Assembly: GCF_000354175.2 (NCBI RefSeq)
Contig: NC_022349.1
Location: forward strand, 2,640,001-2,672,000
Source: Vibrio alginolyticus NBRC 15630 = ATCC 17749
Lineage (GTDB): Bacteria > Pseudomonadota > Gammaproteobacteria > Enterobacterales > Vibrionaceae
Reading direction: 5' to 3'
Length of the DNA: 32,000 nucleotides
Shown: positions 21,955 to 30,866 of the stretch, in pieces
How the letters are laid out: each line of letters begins with the position of its first letter
Position numbering within the stretch: the stretch's first letter is position 1
The notes under the pieces: generated by a model
Told to the model about the DNA's origin: nothing
What the model saw: only the letters and a program-made list of their open reading frames with translations
Database searches by the model: none
Translations under genes and position numbers: made by a program

Positions 21955-22533
21955 TTATTTGAGAGTGTGATCTTTGGTTAAGCGTGCTTTGATTCGACTC
22001 AAACTGATTGGCGTAATGCCCAGGTAGGCCGCAATTTGACTATCGGTAATACGTTGCTTTAAATCTGGGTAATGAGCGCAAAATAATTGATATCGTTCCT
22101 CTGGAGAGTAGAGCAACATAAAGCGTTCTTTGTTCTCTTTATTAACCAGTTGGTTTTCGAGTAGCTTTAAGTAAATGGCGTGCTTTTCTGCTCGCCAGTG
22201 ATGCAACGTTTCAATTGGCAAGCAAAATAGCTGACAAGCGCTCAGCGTTTCCAATAAGTAAGGCGAAGGTTGGTCCTTTATTATGCTCTCAAACCCGATA
22301 ACCCAGTCCTTCTCCCAATAAAATTCTTTACTGAATTCTTTGCCGTGCTCAGTAAGATAGCTTGCGTGGCATAGCCCCTCAATGATGAAGTAAAGGTGTG
22401 AGCTAAACTCCCCTTGGTGATTAAGAATGTGGCGTGTAGGCAGTTCGAGCAACTCACCATTTTCAATAAGTTGGTTTGCTTCTGTCTCTAAAAAGCCATG
22501 TTTGACTAAGTCTGAAAAAAGATCGCTGTGCAT
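21955..22533 (-). CDS. Crp/Fnr-family transcriptional regulator (cNMP-binding-like beta-roll plus C-terminal HTH)
   Basis: 192 aa. An ungapped manual alignment to the E. coli CRP beta-roll gives HLYFIIEGLCHASYLTEHGKEF... against [22 protein letters not shown]... The C-terminal HTH reads ITDSQIAAYLGITPISLSRIKARL. There is no FNR-type N-terminal Cys cluster. Confidence 0.8.
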   Translation of the reverse strand: MHSDLFSDLVKHGFLETEANQLIENGELLELPTRHILNHQGEFSSHLYFIIEGLCHASYLTEHGKEFSKEFYWEKDWVIGFESIIKDQPSPYLLETLSACQLFCLPIETLHHWRAEKHAIYLKLLENQLVNKENKERFMLLYSPEERYQLFCAHYPDLKQRITDSQIAAYLGITPISLSRIKARLTKDHTLK

Positions 22534-22582
22534 GTGATAACTCAGAAACGGTTTTCTTTATTTTAACGGGTTTTATTGATAA

Positions 22583-22608
22583 CAAAAAAGCGGCTCATGA
22601 GAGCCGCT
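22583..22608 (-). terminator. Rho-independent terminator of cpdB
   Basis: caaaaaAGCGGCTC-atga-GAGCCGCT. On the minus strand the stem is followed by a T run, about 25 nt after the cpdB stop. Confidence 0.8.
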
Positions 22609-22630
22609 TAGTGTTGCTGTCAAATCAACC

Positions 22631-24592
22631 TTATTTATTCAAATCGATTTGATAAATCGCGAAACCAATGTCATCTGTTGACACGCGCTTCATTGGGTAT
22701 TGTCCTTTCTCTTTGATGAATTGCGCCGCTTTATCGCTAGGGGAGGTTTCGAAACGAATATCTAGCTTGTTATCGGACTTAATCGGTGCGAAAGACCAGT
22801 TGTTGTCAGCGCTTGGTGTCACTTCTCCTTTTTCTTCACTCACGCGAGAAATATAAGTGGCGACGACAGAGCGGTTTTCATCTGGTGCGTCAAATGCAAT
22901 GAAATCTGGGCCTGTACCAGGGAAAGTATTGCTATAAGCACGGTAGTTATTGGTTGCGATGATGAAATCTTGCTTCGGATTGACAGGCTTACCATTGAAC
23001 GTCAGGTTCACAATACGCTGAGAATCTGGATTAATCACTTTACAATCCGCATCGTACTTCGGCGGTTGGGTAACGTCGATTTGGTAGTTAACCCCATCAA
23101 TAACATCGAAGTTGTAAGTACGGAAATTATCCCAATCAATCAAAGATTGCGGTTTAGGATTGTTGATGTCGATGTGGTTGAATTGACCCGCACTGCACTC
23201 TAGCCATTCGCGAACTTCTTTACCTTTCACTTTCATCGCAACCAAGGTGTTTGGATATAAGTAAAGATCGGCCGCATTACGGAAGGTGAGCTGACCGGAT
23301 TCTACTTCTGTAAAGTTATTCGGATCGTTCTTACGACCGCCGACTTTAAATGGTGCTGCCGCACTCAGTACTGGAATGTCAGAAAGGTCTGGGTCGCCTT
23401 GAATAAAGCGTTCTACGTAGTCTTTCTGAGCAAGGTTAACGATTTGAATGGTGGGGTCGTCCTGCACTAATGCCAAGAAGCTGTACATGACATCACTTGC
23501 TTTGCCGATTGGTTGGTTTACAAATTCACGAGTGCCTTTGTGATCTTCTTCTAACGCTTTCACAATATCTGCATCGGCTTTAGCTAATGACTTCTTATTT
23601 ACTTTATCGAAGATAGGGCGTGCTTCTGCTTGGCCTTCGACGACTTGCCATCTGCCGTCTTTCTCTTTCAGCATCAAATCCATCACACCTACATGACTTC
23701 CCCAGCGACCAGGCATCACTGACGTTACACCATTGATGGTCCCTTTATCTATATCAACACCAGGTAGGTTTGCGAAGTCTTTCCCTGGGAAGACGGCGTG
23801 AGAGTGACCAAAAGCAATCGCATCAATACCTTCAACTTCTGTGAGGTAGTAAACAGAGTTTTCTGCGCCTAGTTTGTATGGATCAGTAGAAATGCCCGAG
23901 TGTGGAATCGCCACAATCACGTCTGCGCCTTCTTTCTTCATTTGAGGAATCAGTTTCTCTGCTGTTTCCTTAATGTCTTTAGCAAAGACTTTGCCTTCTA
24001 AGTTCTTCTTATCCCACACCATAATTTGTGGTGGTACAAAGCCGATGTAACCCACTTTTATTTGATGCGCTTCGCCGTTTGTGTCTTTAAATGTGTGAGT
24101 TTTGATGAGGTAAGGCTTGAAGTAATGCTCACCGGTTTGTTTATCAAATACGTTTGCGTTGATGTAAGGGAAGTTTGCCCCCTTCAACGTCTTTTGTAGA
24201 AAATCTAAGCCATAGTTGAACTCATGATTGCCAATATTGCCCACATCGTAGTCTAGCTGGTTCATCGCTTTGTAGACTGGGTGCACGTCGCCGGGATTAA
24301 TCCCCTTTGCCGCCATGTAATCGCCCATTGGGCTGCCCTGAATTAAATCACCGTTATCTACTAGTACCGTGTTTTCTGCCTCGGACTTAGCTTGTTTCAC
24401 TATTGTTGCTGCGCGACTTAAACCGATTTGCTGTGATGGTTGGTCTTTGTAGTAATCGTAATCCATCACGTTGGTGTGAATGTCGGTGGTTTCGATAATA
24501 CGAAGCTTGATGGTATCGGCCATTGCTGGGCCAGCAAGCGTTAGCATGCCGCTTAATACTGCGAGGGAAATAGGATGAACTGCCACTTTCAT
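22631..24592 (-). CDS. cpdB: Periplasmic 2',3'-cyclic-nucleotide 2'-phosphodiesterase / 3'-nucleotidase
   Basis: 653 aa from the ATG at 24592 ([25 protein letters not shown] signal peptide; GGAG 7 nt upstream). Metallophosphoesterase motifs are present ([23 protein letters not shown]). Colinearity with E. coli CpdB is strong. The track start at 24688 adds 32 implausible residues. Confidence 0.9.
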   Translation of the reverse strand: MKVAVHPISLAVLSGMLTLAGPAMADTIKLRIIETTDIHTNVMDYDYYKDQPSQQIGLSRAATIVKQAKSEAENTVLVDNGDLIQGSPMGDYMAAKGINPGDVHPVYKAMNQLDYDVGNIGNHEFNYGLDFLQKTLKGANFPYINANVFDKQTGEHYFKPYLIKTHTFKDTNGEAHQIKVGYIGFVPPQIMVWDKKNLEGKVFAKDIKETAEKLIPQMKKEGADVIVAIPHSGISTDPYKLGAENSVYYLTEVEGIDAIAFGHSHAVFPGKDFANLPGVDIDKGTINGVTSVMPGRWGSHVGVMDLMLKEKDGRWQVVEGQAEARPIFDKVNKKSLAKADADIVKALEEDHKGTREFVNQPIGKASDVMYSFLALVQDDPTIQIVNLAQKDYVERFIQGDPDLSDIPVLSAAAPFKVGGRKNDPNNFTEVESGQLTFRNAADLYLYPNTLVAMKVKGKEVREWLECSAGQFNHIDINNPKPQSLIDWDNFRTYNFDVIDGVNYQIDVTQPPKYDADCKVINPDSQRIVNLTFNGKPVNPKQDFIIATNNYRAYSNTFPGTGPDFIAFDAPDENRSVVATYISRVSEEKGEVTPSADNNWSFAPIKSDNKLDIRFETSPSDKAAQFIKEKGQYPMKRVSTDDIGFAIYQIDLNK

Positions 24593-24855
24593 TTGGTGCT
24601 CCAATTCAATGATAAGGGGAAATCGTACTGCGTAATGTATCAAACACAGATGCAACTTGATGATAAAGATACAGAAAACTGTGAACATTAATCAGTTTAC
24701 TGAACCTTATTCATATTAACCGCCGACTTTTTCACGCTTTTGAATGAGACCAAACAAAAACTTCTTAGCAGATTTTTGAATAAAAAATGAAATTTTAGAA
24801 TTTCAGGTAATATAAACGCCCCGCCATAATGCTTGCATAACGATATCAATGGACG

Positions 24856-25743
24856 ATGAGCAAGCACATGGCAACGAACGATTCAGTCACTTCTTTTCCT
24901 AAACCAAAGCCCCGGTTAGTTTCTGACAACCCAGTCGCTGGTGTTACTCGTTTTGCAAAGCAATCGCTACAGCCTGGTGAAGTCGCCTTAGTAGGTGCAG
25001 GACCAGGCGATCCTGAACTTCTGACGGTGAAAGCACTGAACTGCTTGCAGCAAGCTGACGTGGTTTTGTACGACTACTTGGTGTCTGAAGAAATCATGGC
25101 ATTGATTCCAAGCGATACGATTTTAGTGTGCGTTGGGAAGCGAGCTGGGCATCACAGTGTGCCGCAGGAGAAGACGAATCAGCTTTTGGTGGATTTTGCC
25201 AAGCAGGGCTACAAAGTAGTGCGCATTAAAGGTGGTGATCCGTTTGTATTCGGTCGTGGTGGTGAAGAGTTAGAAGTGCTTGCAGATGCTGGCATTCGTT
25301 TTCAAGTTGTCCCTGGCATTACCGCAGCAGCTGGCGCAACCGCTTATGCTGGTATTCCACTGACTCATCGTGATTATGCGCAATCGGCCATCTTTGTGAC
25401 TGGCCACTTGAAAGAAGAAAGTGATGAGATGGATTGGTCCACGTTGGCGCGTGGGAATCAGACTTTAGTGATCTACATGGGGCTGATGAAATCACACTAT
25501 ATTCAGAATCAACTCATTAAGCATGGCCGTTCAGCGTCGACTCCGATTGCCATTATTGAGCGTGGCACGCAGATTCAACAAAAAGTATTTACGGGAGAAC
25601 TCTCCCAACTCTCTGATTTATCGAAGGAAGCACAATCGCCATCTTTGATTGTTGTCGGAGAGGTAGTGCGACTGTCTCAAAAGTTAGACTGGTTTTTGTC
25701 TAGTACTGAATTCAACAAAAGTGCTATTGCCAACTCCATATAA
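24856..25743 (+). CDS. cobA: Uroporphyrinogen-III C-methyltransferase (SUMT; siroheme branch)
   Basis: 295 aa, [16 protein letters not shown]...[11 protein letters not shown]...[13 protein letters not shown], matching the CysG C-terminal / CobA methylase fold. The exact start is uncertain (24856 or the ATG at 24868) because both RBSs are weak. Confidence 0.85.
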   Translation: MSKHMATNDSVTSFPKPKPRLVSDNPVAGVTRFAKQSLQPGEVALVGAGPGDPELLTVKALNCLQQADVVLYDYLVSEEIMALIPSDTILVCVGKRAGHHSVPQEKTNQLLVDFAKQGYKVVRIKGGDPFVFGRGGEELEVLADAGIRFQVVPGITAAAGATAYAGIPLTHRDYAQSAIFVTGHLKEESDEMDWSTLARGNQTLVIYMGLMKSHYIQNQLIKHGRSASTPIAIIERGTQIQQKVFTGELSQLSDLSKEAQSPSLIVVGEVVRLSQKLDWFLSSTEFNKSAIANSI

Positions 25744-25802
25744 TTTCAGACCAAAGATTAGAGACGTAATGCGCCTTCAAGCTTAAAAAGGAAATACAAA
25801 AC

Positions 25803-26711
25803 ATGGACCAACAACGTTTAACTCACCTTAAACAACTCGAAGCGGAGAGTATCCACATCATCCGTGAAGTTGCGGCTGAGTTTGATAACCCAGTCATGAT
25901 GTATTCGATTGGTAAAGACTCATCAGTGATGCTGCACCTTGCGCGTAAAGCTTTTTACCCAGGTAAGATTCCATTTCCATTGCTGCATGTTGACACCGAT
26001 TGGAAGTTCCGCGAGATGATTGAATTTCGTGATCGCACCGCGGCCAAATACGGTTTTGAGCTTTTGGTACATAAGAATCCAGAAGGTCTAGCCATGGGCT
26101 GTAGTCCGTTTGTTCATGGTTCTTCTAAGCACACTGACATCATGAAGACTCAAGGCTTAAAACAAGCGCTGAACAAGTACGGTTTTGATGCGGCCTTTGG
26201 TGGTGCGCGCCGCGACGAAGAGAAATCACGGGCGAAAGAGCGCGTGTATTCATTCCGCGATAAGAACCATACATGGGATCCTAAAAACCAACGTCCTGAG
26301 CTATGGAAGACGTACAACGGCCAGGTCAATAAGGGTGAGAGCATTCGTGTATTCCCGCTGTCTAACTGGACTGAGCTTGATATCTGGCAATACATCTATT
26401 TAGAAAACATCGAGATCGTGCCGCTTTACCTCGCGGACAAACGCCCAGTTGTTGAACGCGATGGCATGCTGATCATGGTTGATGATGATCGTATGGAGCT
26501 TCAACCGGGTGAAGTGATTGAAGAGAAGAGTGTGCGCTTCCGTACCCTTGGTTGTTATCCATTGACTGGGGCCATCGAGTCTGAAGCAAACACTTTAACT
26601 GGCATTATCGAAGAGATGCTGGTGGCAACGTCGAGTGAGCGCCAAGGCCGAGCGATCGACCACGATCAGTCAGGATCGATGGAGCTTAAGAAACGTCAAG
26701 GTTACTTCTAA
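25803..26711 (+). CDS. cysD: Sulfate adenylyltransferase subunit 2
   Basis: 302 aa, the same length as E. coli CysD. PP-loop SIGKDS. C-terminus ...[12 protein letters not shown]. Confidence 0.95.
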   Translation: MDQQRLTHLKQLEAESIHIIREVAAEFDNPVMMYSIGKDSSVMLHLARKAFYPGKIPFPLLHVDTDWKFREMIEFRDRTAAKYGFELLVHKNPEGLAMGCSPFVHGSSKHTDIMKTQGLKQALNKYGFDAAFGGARRDEEKSRAKERVYSFRDKNHTWDPKNQRPELWKTYNGQVNKGESIRVFPLSNWTELDIWQYIYLENIEIVPLYLADKRPVVERDGMLIMVDDDRMELQPGEVIEEKSVRFRTLGCYPLTGAIESEANTLTGIIEEMLVATSSERQGRAIDHDQSGSMELKKRQGYF

Positions 26712-26729
26712 AGGATCTAAGGAAAGATA

Positions 26730-28160
26730 ATGAACAGTGCAGTTGAAGCTCAATTAGCCGAGCTTGGTATCGAAGGCTATTTAACACAACACCAGTACAA
26801 GTCGTTACTTAGATTCTTGACTTGTGGCTCGGTGGATGACGGTAAAAGTACATTAATCGGTCGCTTACTCCATGACTCAAAACAAATTTATGAAGATCAG
26901 CTAGCGGCAGTGCACTCAGACAGCCAACGTGTGGGTACCACGGGTGAAAAGCCTGACCTTGCGTTGTTGGTCGATGGCTTACAAGCTGAGCGTGAGCAGG
27001 GGATCACGATTGATGTGGCTTACCGCTATTTCTCGACGCAGAAACGTAAATTCATCATTGCAGATACTCCTGGACACGAGCAGTACACACGTAACATGGC
27101 TACAGGTGCATCGACATGTGACTTAGCTGTGATTCTGGTTGATGCACGTAAGGGCATTCTCGATCAAACTCGTCGTCACTCTTTCATTTCCAACCTGTTG
27201 GGCTTGAAGCACTTTGTTGTGGCGATCAACAAGATGGACTTAGTGGATTACTCGCAAGAGCGCTTTGAAGAGATCCGCGACGAGTATTTGAAGTTCTCTG
27301 AGAATCTGACAGGGGATATTGATATTCAAATCATCCCGATCTCAGCGCTTGAAGGGGACAATGTGGTGGATAAAGGCCAAAACCTGACTTGGTTTAAAGG
27401 CCCATCATTGCTTGAGCTTCTTGAAACGGTCGATGTGGATCAAGAAAAAGGCGCGGGTGAATTCCGCTTCCCTGTGCAATACGTTAATCGTCCTAACCTC
27501 GATTTCCGTGGTTTTGCGGGGACCATTTCTTCTGGTTCGATCAAAGTCGGTGATGCCATTAAAGCATTGCCATCGGGTAAAACGTCAACTGTGGCACGTA
27601 TTGTGACATTTGATGGTGATATCGAAGAAGCTCGTGCCGGATTAGCTGTCACTCTGACGCTAAGCGATGAGATCGATATTAGCCGTGGCGATTTGATTGT
27701 TCTAGATAATGCTCAAGTGGAAACCACAAACCATTTGCTTGCCGATGTGGTATGGATGACAGAGCAACCCCTGCAACCGGGTCGTGACTATGACATCAAA
27801 ATCGCAGGTAAGAAAACCGTAGGTCATGTTGAAGCGATTCGTCATCAATATGACATTAATAATCTCTCGACTCATAGCTCGGCAGAGCTGCCATTGAATG
27901 GTATTGGTTTGTGTGAATGGTCTCTTAATGAGTCAGTCGCGCTGGACAATTATCAAGACTGTGCAGATACCGGTGGCTTTATCATTATCGATCGTCTGAC
28001 AAACGTGACGGTTGGTGCTGGCATGGTTAAAGAGAGCCTCGCCGTGGTTGAGCGCGATTTGACGGGCATCTCTGCGTTTGAAGTTGAGCTTAATGCGCTT
28101 GTCCGTAAACACTTCCCACACTGGGAAGCAAAAGACGTCAGCCAGTTTCTGAAAAAGTAA
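26730..28160 (+). CDS. cysN: Sulfate adenylyltransferase subunit 1 (GTPase)
   Basis: 476 aa. GTPase motifs G1 [10 protein letters not shown]3 DTPGH and G4 NKMD. No fused APS-kinase domain. Confidence 0.95.
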   Translation: MNSAVEAQLAELGIEGYLTQHQYKSLLRFLTCGSVDDGKSTLIGRLLHDSKQIYEDQLAAVHSDSQRVGTTGEKPDLALLVDGLQAEREQGITIDVAYRYFSTQKRKFIIADTPGHEQYTRNMATGASTCDLAVILVDARKGILDQTRRHSFISNLLGLKHFVVAINKMDLVDYSQERFEEIRDEYLKFSENLTGDIDIQIIPISALEGDNVVDKGQNLTWFKGPSLLELLETVDVDQEKGAGEFRFPVQYVNRPNLDFRGFAGTISSGSIKVGDAIKALPSGKTSTVARIVTFDGDIEEARAGLAVTLTLSDEIDISRGDLIVLDNAQVETTNHLLADVVWMTEQPLQPGRDYDIKIAGKKTVGHVEAIRHQYDINNLSTHSSAELPLNGIGLCEWSLNESVALDNYQDCADTGGFIIIDRLTNVTVGAGMVKESLAVVERDLTGISAFEVELNALVRKHFPHWEAKDVSQFLKK

Positions 28161-28410
28161 CTGGCTCACCCAAGTACGATAATTTCAGGCACTGTTTGCT
28201 GTTGTACTTGGGGTGTCGCTACCTAACTGAATTGCGAAATGTCGTTAGGTATTCTCCTAATACCAGAATGCTTCGGTGGAGCCCAAGAAACCGAGCATTC
28301 TGATGTTCTTTTCGCTTGCGCTGATTTTTGTCTGTTTACTCGTTTGTCGGTGATTCATGGATAAATGAGTCGTTGTTGTGCCCTTTAGGGCTATTTGGTA
28401 AGGAAAGGCT
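28161..28410 (+). promoter_or_regulatory. Structured cysN-permease intergenic region (multi-hairpin; candidate attenuator or processing element)
   Basis: The helices, read directly from the sequence, are:
- CACCCAAGTAC (28167-28177) with GTACTTGGGGTG (28204-28215).
- ACCTAAC (28221-28227) with GTTAGGT (28244-28250).
- The competing pair GGTATT (28248-28253) with AATACC (28259-28264).
- A 13-bp stem, CAGAATGCTTCGGT (28264-28277) with ACCGAGCATTCTG (28290-28302), followed by atgttcttttcg.
- GCCC-ttta-GGGC (28380-28391) just before the RBS. Confidence 0.45.
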
Positions 28411-30135
28411 ATGTGGGAACAAGGGTTTGTGTTAGCGATTTTGCTTGGCATTATCACTTGCTTGCTTGTCACGAAAATTAAGCCTAGTTATGTCTTTGCG
28501 GGTGCCGCTTTTATTGCATTCATGGCTGGGATGATGGATTCAGCCACTATCGCATCCAATTTTACCAACTCTTCATTGTTAACCCTGGTTCTATTGATTC
28601 TTGCATCCTGTGCTCTAGAAAAAACACTGCTGATCAGTTGGGTGAGCCGAAGTATCTCTGAGGGCCAGTTAGGCAGCGTGATTGCTAAGCTCGGTGTGTC
28701 GACCGCCTTGCTTTCTTCATTTACGAATAATACCGCTGTGGTTGTCTCATTGATTGGGGCGATTAAGCGTAATCAGCAGCATGCACCTTCGAAATTACTT
28801 ATTCCCTTGTCTTACGCCGCCATTTTTGGTGGCACGTTAACTTTGATTGGTACGTCGACTAACTTAATCATCAACAGCTTTGTCGAAGACGCAGGCTTAC
28901 CGAGCCTGAGCTTTTTTACACCTACGATGATAGGTTTGGCTGTGCTGGTGGGAGGGATGCTGATTCTTATCCCGCTCAGCTACTTGCTACCGAATTATGA
29001 TGATCAAAACCAAGAAGATTTACCTTACTTTCTTGAGTCTCGCGTTGAGCCTGGATCACCGCTAGTTGGGCGTACGATCAGCGAGAATAATTTACGTGCG
29101 CTGCGCAAACTGTTTCTTGCAGAAGTGGTGCGCGATGGTGTTACTGTTTCTTCTGTGGGACCGGATTTTGTGCTCAACGCAAAAGACCGCCTGTTATTTT
29201 GTGGCGATGTTGAGAGCGTCGCGACCCTGCAAGAAATTCCGGGCCTCAAGTTGTTTGGTCAGCAGCACTTAAATGGGCAAAACTTTATCGAAGTTGTGGT
29301 GAGCTCGTCGGCGACGTTTTGCTACAAAACCCTCAAAGAGAGCCGATTCCGCGACCGATTCGATGCCGTTGTTGTGGCGATTCGCCGAGGCCACGAACGC
29401 CTAGAAGGTGGCTTGGGTAGTATTACCTTAGCGCCAGGAGACACGTTAGTTCTGGTTCCAGGAAAGCGTTTTGAGTCTGAACGCCGAGCTCATCGTAAAG
29501 AGTTTGTTTTAGTGCATGACTTGGACTCTAGCGCTCGGCTTGATACGAATAAGTCTTCCATTGTATTACTGGGCTTTGCAGCCGTAATTGGATGCGCTCT
29601 ATTAGAGTTAGTGCCGATTATTAAAGGTCTAGCTGTGTACCTTATCGCGCTTATTGCGTTTGGTATTGTGCAGATTTCAGAACTGCGCCGCCGTTTTCCG
29701 ATCGATATCGTCGTGATTGTCGGTTCCGCTTTGTCTATTGCTCAACTGATGATCTCTTCTGGATTGTCAGAAAGAATGGGAGTGATGTTTATTGAAGCGT
29801 TTAATGGCTGGGGAGTATTTGGTGCCTTGGTGGCGACTTATATCATGACATTGGTACTCACTGAATTGGTGACAAACAATGCCGCGGCTGCGCTTTCTTT
29901 TCCTATCGGCTATAGCATGGCGGTGGGTTATGGCGTGGATCCGATGCCATTCATCATGGCGGTTTTGTTCGGCGCGAGTGCGAGCTTTATCTCTCCCTAC
30001 GGTTACCAAACTAACCTGCTGGTGTACAGCGTAGGAAATTACAAATTGACCGACTACGTGAGAATTGGAGTGCCAATTTCGATTGTGTACTCTGTATTAG
30101 TACTTACTTTGATCCCGGTCTTTTTCCCGTTTTAA
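28411..30135 (+). CDS. SLC13/DASS-superfamily anion permease with two central TrkA-C (RCK_C) domains; probable sulfate transporter
   Basis: 574 aa. Hydrophobic N- and C-terminal halves flank two soluble repeats (...VEPGSPLVGRTISE...DRLLFCGDVESV... and ...VVVSSSATFCYKTLKE...GDTLVLVPGKRF...). The RBS is AGGAAAGG. The substrate is inferred only from its position between cysN and cysC. Confidence 0.75.
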   Translation: MWEQGFVLAILLGIITCLLVTKIKPSYVFAGAAFIAFMAGMMDSATIASNFTNSSLLTLVLLILASCALEKTLLISWVSRSISEGQLGSVIAKLGVSTALLSSFTNNTAVVVSLIGAIKRNQQHAPSKLLIPLSYAAIFGGTLTLIGTSTNLIINSFVEDAGLPSLSFFTPTMIGLAVLVGGMLILIPLSYLLPNYDDQNQEDLPYFLESRVEPGSPLVGRTISENNLRALRKLFLAEVVRDGVTVSSVGPDFVLNAKDRLLFCGDVESVATLQEIPGLKLFGQQHLNGQNFIEVVVSSSATFCYKTLKESRFRDRFDAVVVAIRRGHERLEGGLGSITLAPGDTLVLVPGKRFESERRAHRKEFVLVHDLDSSARLDTNKSSIVLLGFAAVIGCALLELVPIIKGLAVYLIALIAFGIVQISELRRRFPIDIVVIVGSALSIAQLMISSGLSERMGVMFIEAFNGWGVFGALVATYIMTLVLTELVTNNAAAALSFPIGYSMAVGYGVDPMPFIMAVLFGASASFISPYGYQTNLLVYSVGNYKLTDYVRIGVPISIVYSVLVLTLIPVFFPF

Positions 30136-30159
30136 TTCCGATATTTACAAGGATACGTT

Positions 30160-30777
30160 ATGACTGCCGAAACGACGGTAAAAGATGAAAACATTGTTTG
30201 GCACCAGCATTCGGTTGATAAACAGTTTCGTGCTGAATTAAAGAAGCAAAAACCTGCCGTATTGTGGTTCACTGGTTTATCTGGAGCGGGTAAATCAACC
30301 GTAGCAGGGGCGTTGGAAAATCGCCTTGCAGCATTGGGTTACCACACCTATTTATTGGATGGTGACAATGTACGGCATGGTTTGTGTAGCGATTTAGGTT
30401 TTTCTGAACAGGACCGTCGCGAGAACATTCGTCGCATTGGTGAACTGGCGAAGTTGATGGCAGATGCGGGTTTAATTGTTCTGTCGGCGTTTATTTCACC
30501 GCATCGTGCAGAGCGGAAGTTAGTGCGCGATTTATTGCCAGAAGGCGAGTTTATTGAAGTGTATGTCAATGCATCTCTAGAGGTTTGCGAAGGTCGAGAT
30601 CCTAAGGGTTTATACCGTAAAGCCCGTGCGGGAGAGATTCCTAATTTCACTGGTATTGATTCGGAATATCAAGCGCCAGAGTACCCTGAAATCGATTTGC
30701 CCGCAGGAGAAAAGAGTGTCGAGGAGTTGGTGGATTTGTGCTTAATCGATCTTAAACAACGCGGTGTGATCCGATAA
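30160..30777 (+). CDS. cysC: Adenylyl-sulfate (APS) kinase
   Basis: 205 aa. P-loop GLSGAGKST, plus ...[23 protein letters not shown]... Confidence 0.95.
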   Translation: MTAETTVKDENIVWHQHSVDKQFRAELKKQKPAVLWFTGLSGAGKSTVAGALENRLAALGYHTYLLDGDNVRHGLCSDLGFSEQDRRENIRRIGELAKLMADAGLIVLSAFISPHRAERKLVRDLLPEGEFIEVYVNASLEVCEGRDPKGLYRKARAGEIPNFTGIDSEYQAPEYPEIDLPAGEKSVEELVDLCLIDLKQRGVIR

Positions 30778-30821
30778 AAAAGCATGTAGATCATAGGTGA
30801 CCTAAAGCTCTTTGAGCGGCT

Positions 30822-30860
30822 GGAGAAGTATTTGGATCATAGGTGGTCAAATGCTTCTCC
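30822..30860. other. Stem-loop between convergent cysC and the DUF2806-like gene (possible terminator or RNA-stabilising hairpin)
   Basis: GGAGAAGTATTTG (30822-30834) pairs with CAAATGCTTCTCC (30848-30860): 12 Watson-Crick pairs and one G-U. There is no adjacent U tract on either strand. The loop contains one copy of the 11-nt direct repeat GATCATAGGTG (30835-30845); the other copy is at 30789-30799. Confidence 0.4.
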
Positions 30861-30866
30861 AACTGG

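Noticed and set aside
24593-24688. A 32-codon N-terminal extension of cpdB in the ORF track ([32 protein letters not shown]).
   Set aside because: The internal ATG at 24592 has a GGAG RBS and starts a textbook signal peptide aligned with the E. coli CpdB N-terminus. The extension would bury that signal peptide.
24680-24696. A CRP-like half-site pair, TGTGAacattaaTCAGT, in the cpdB/cobA divergent region.
   Set aside because: Only the left half matches the consensus. The right half is offset by one base and degenerate.
28239-28364. A 41-codon ORF (MSLGILLIPECFGGAQETEHSDVLFACADFCLFTRLSVIHG) with three Cys codons lies inside the cysN-permease spacer. It is tempting to read it as a Cys-sensing leader peptide.
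   Set aside because: There is no Shine-Dalgarno sequence before the ATG. The Cys codons are scattered rather than tandem, and the ORF runs through the hairpins without the geometry of a classical attenuator. I keep it only as a footnote to the structured-spacer finding.
28257-28472. A 71-aa minus-strand ORF spans the structured spacer and the permease start.
   Set aside because: It overlaps the permease start codon and RBS on the opposite strand. It has no RBS and no recognisable domain, so it is likely spurious.
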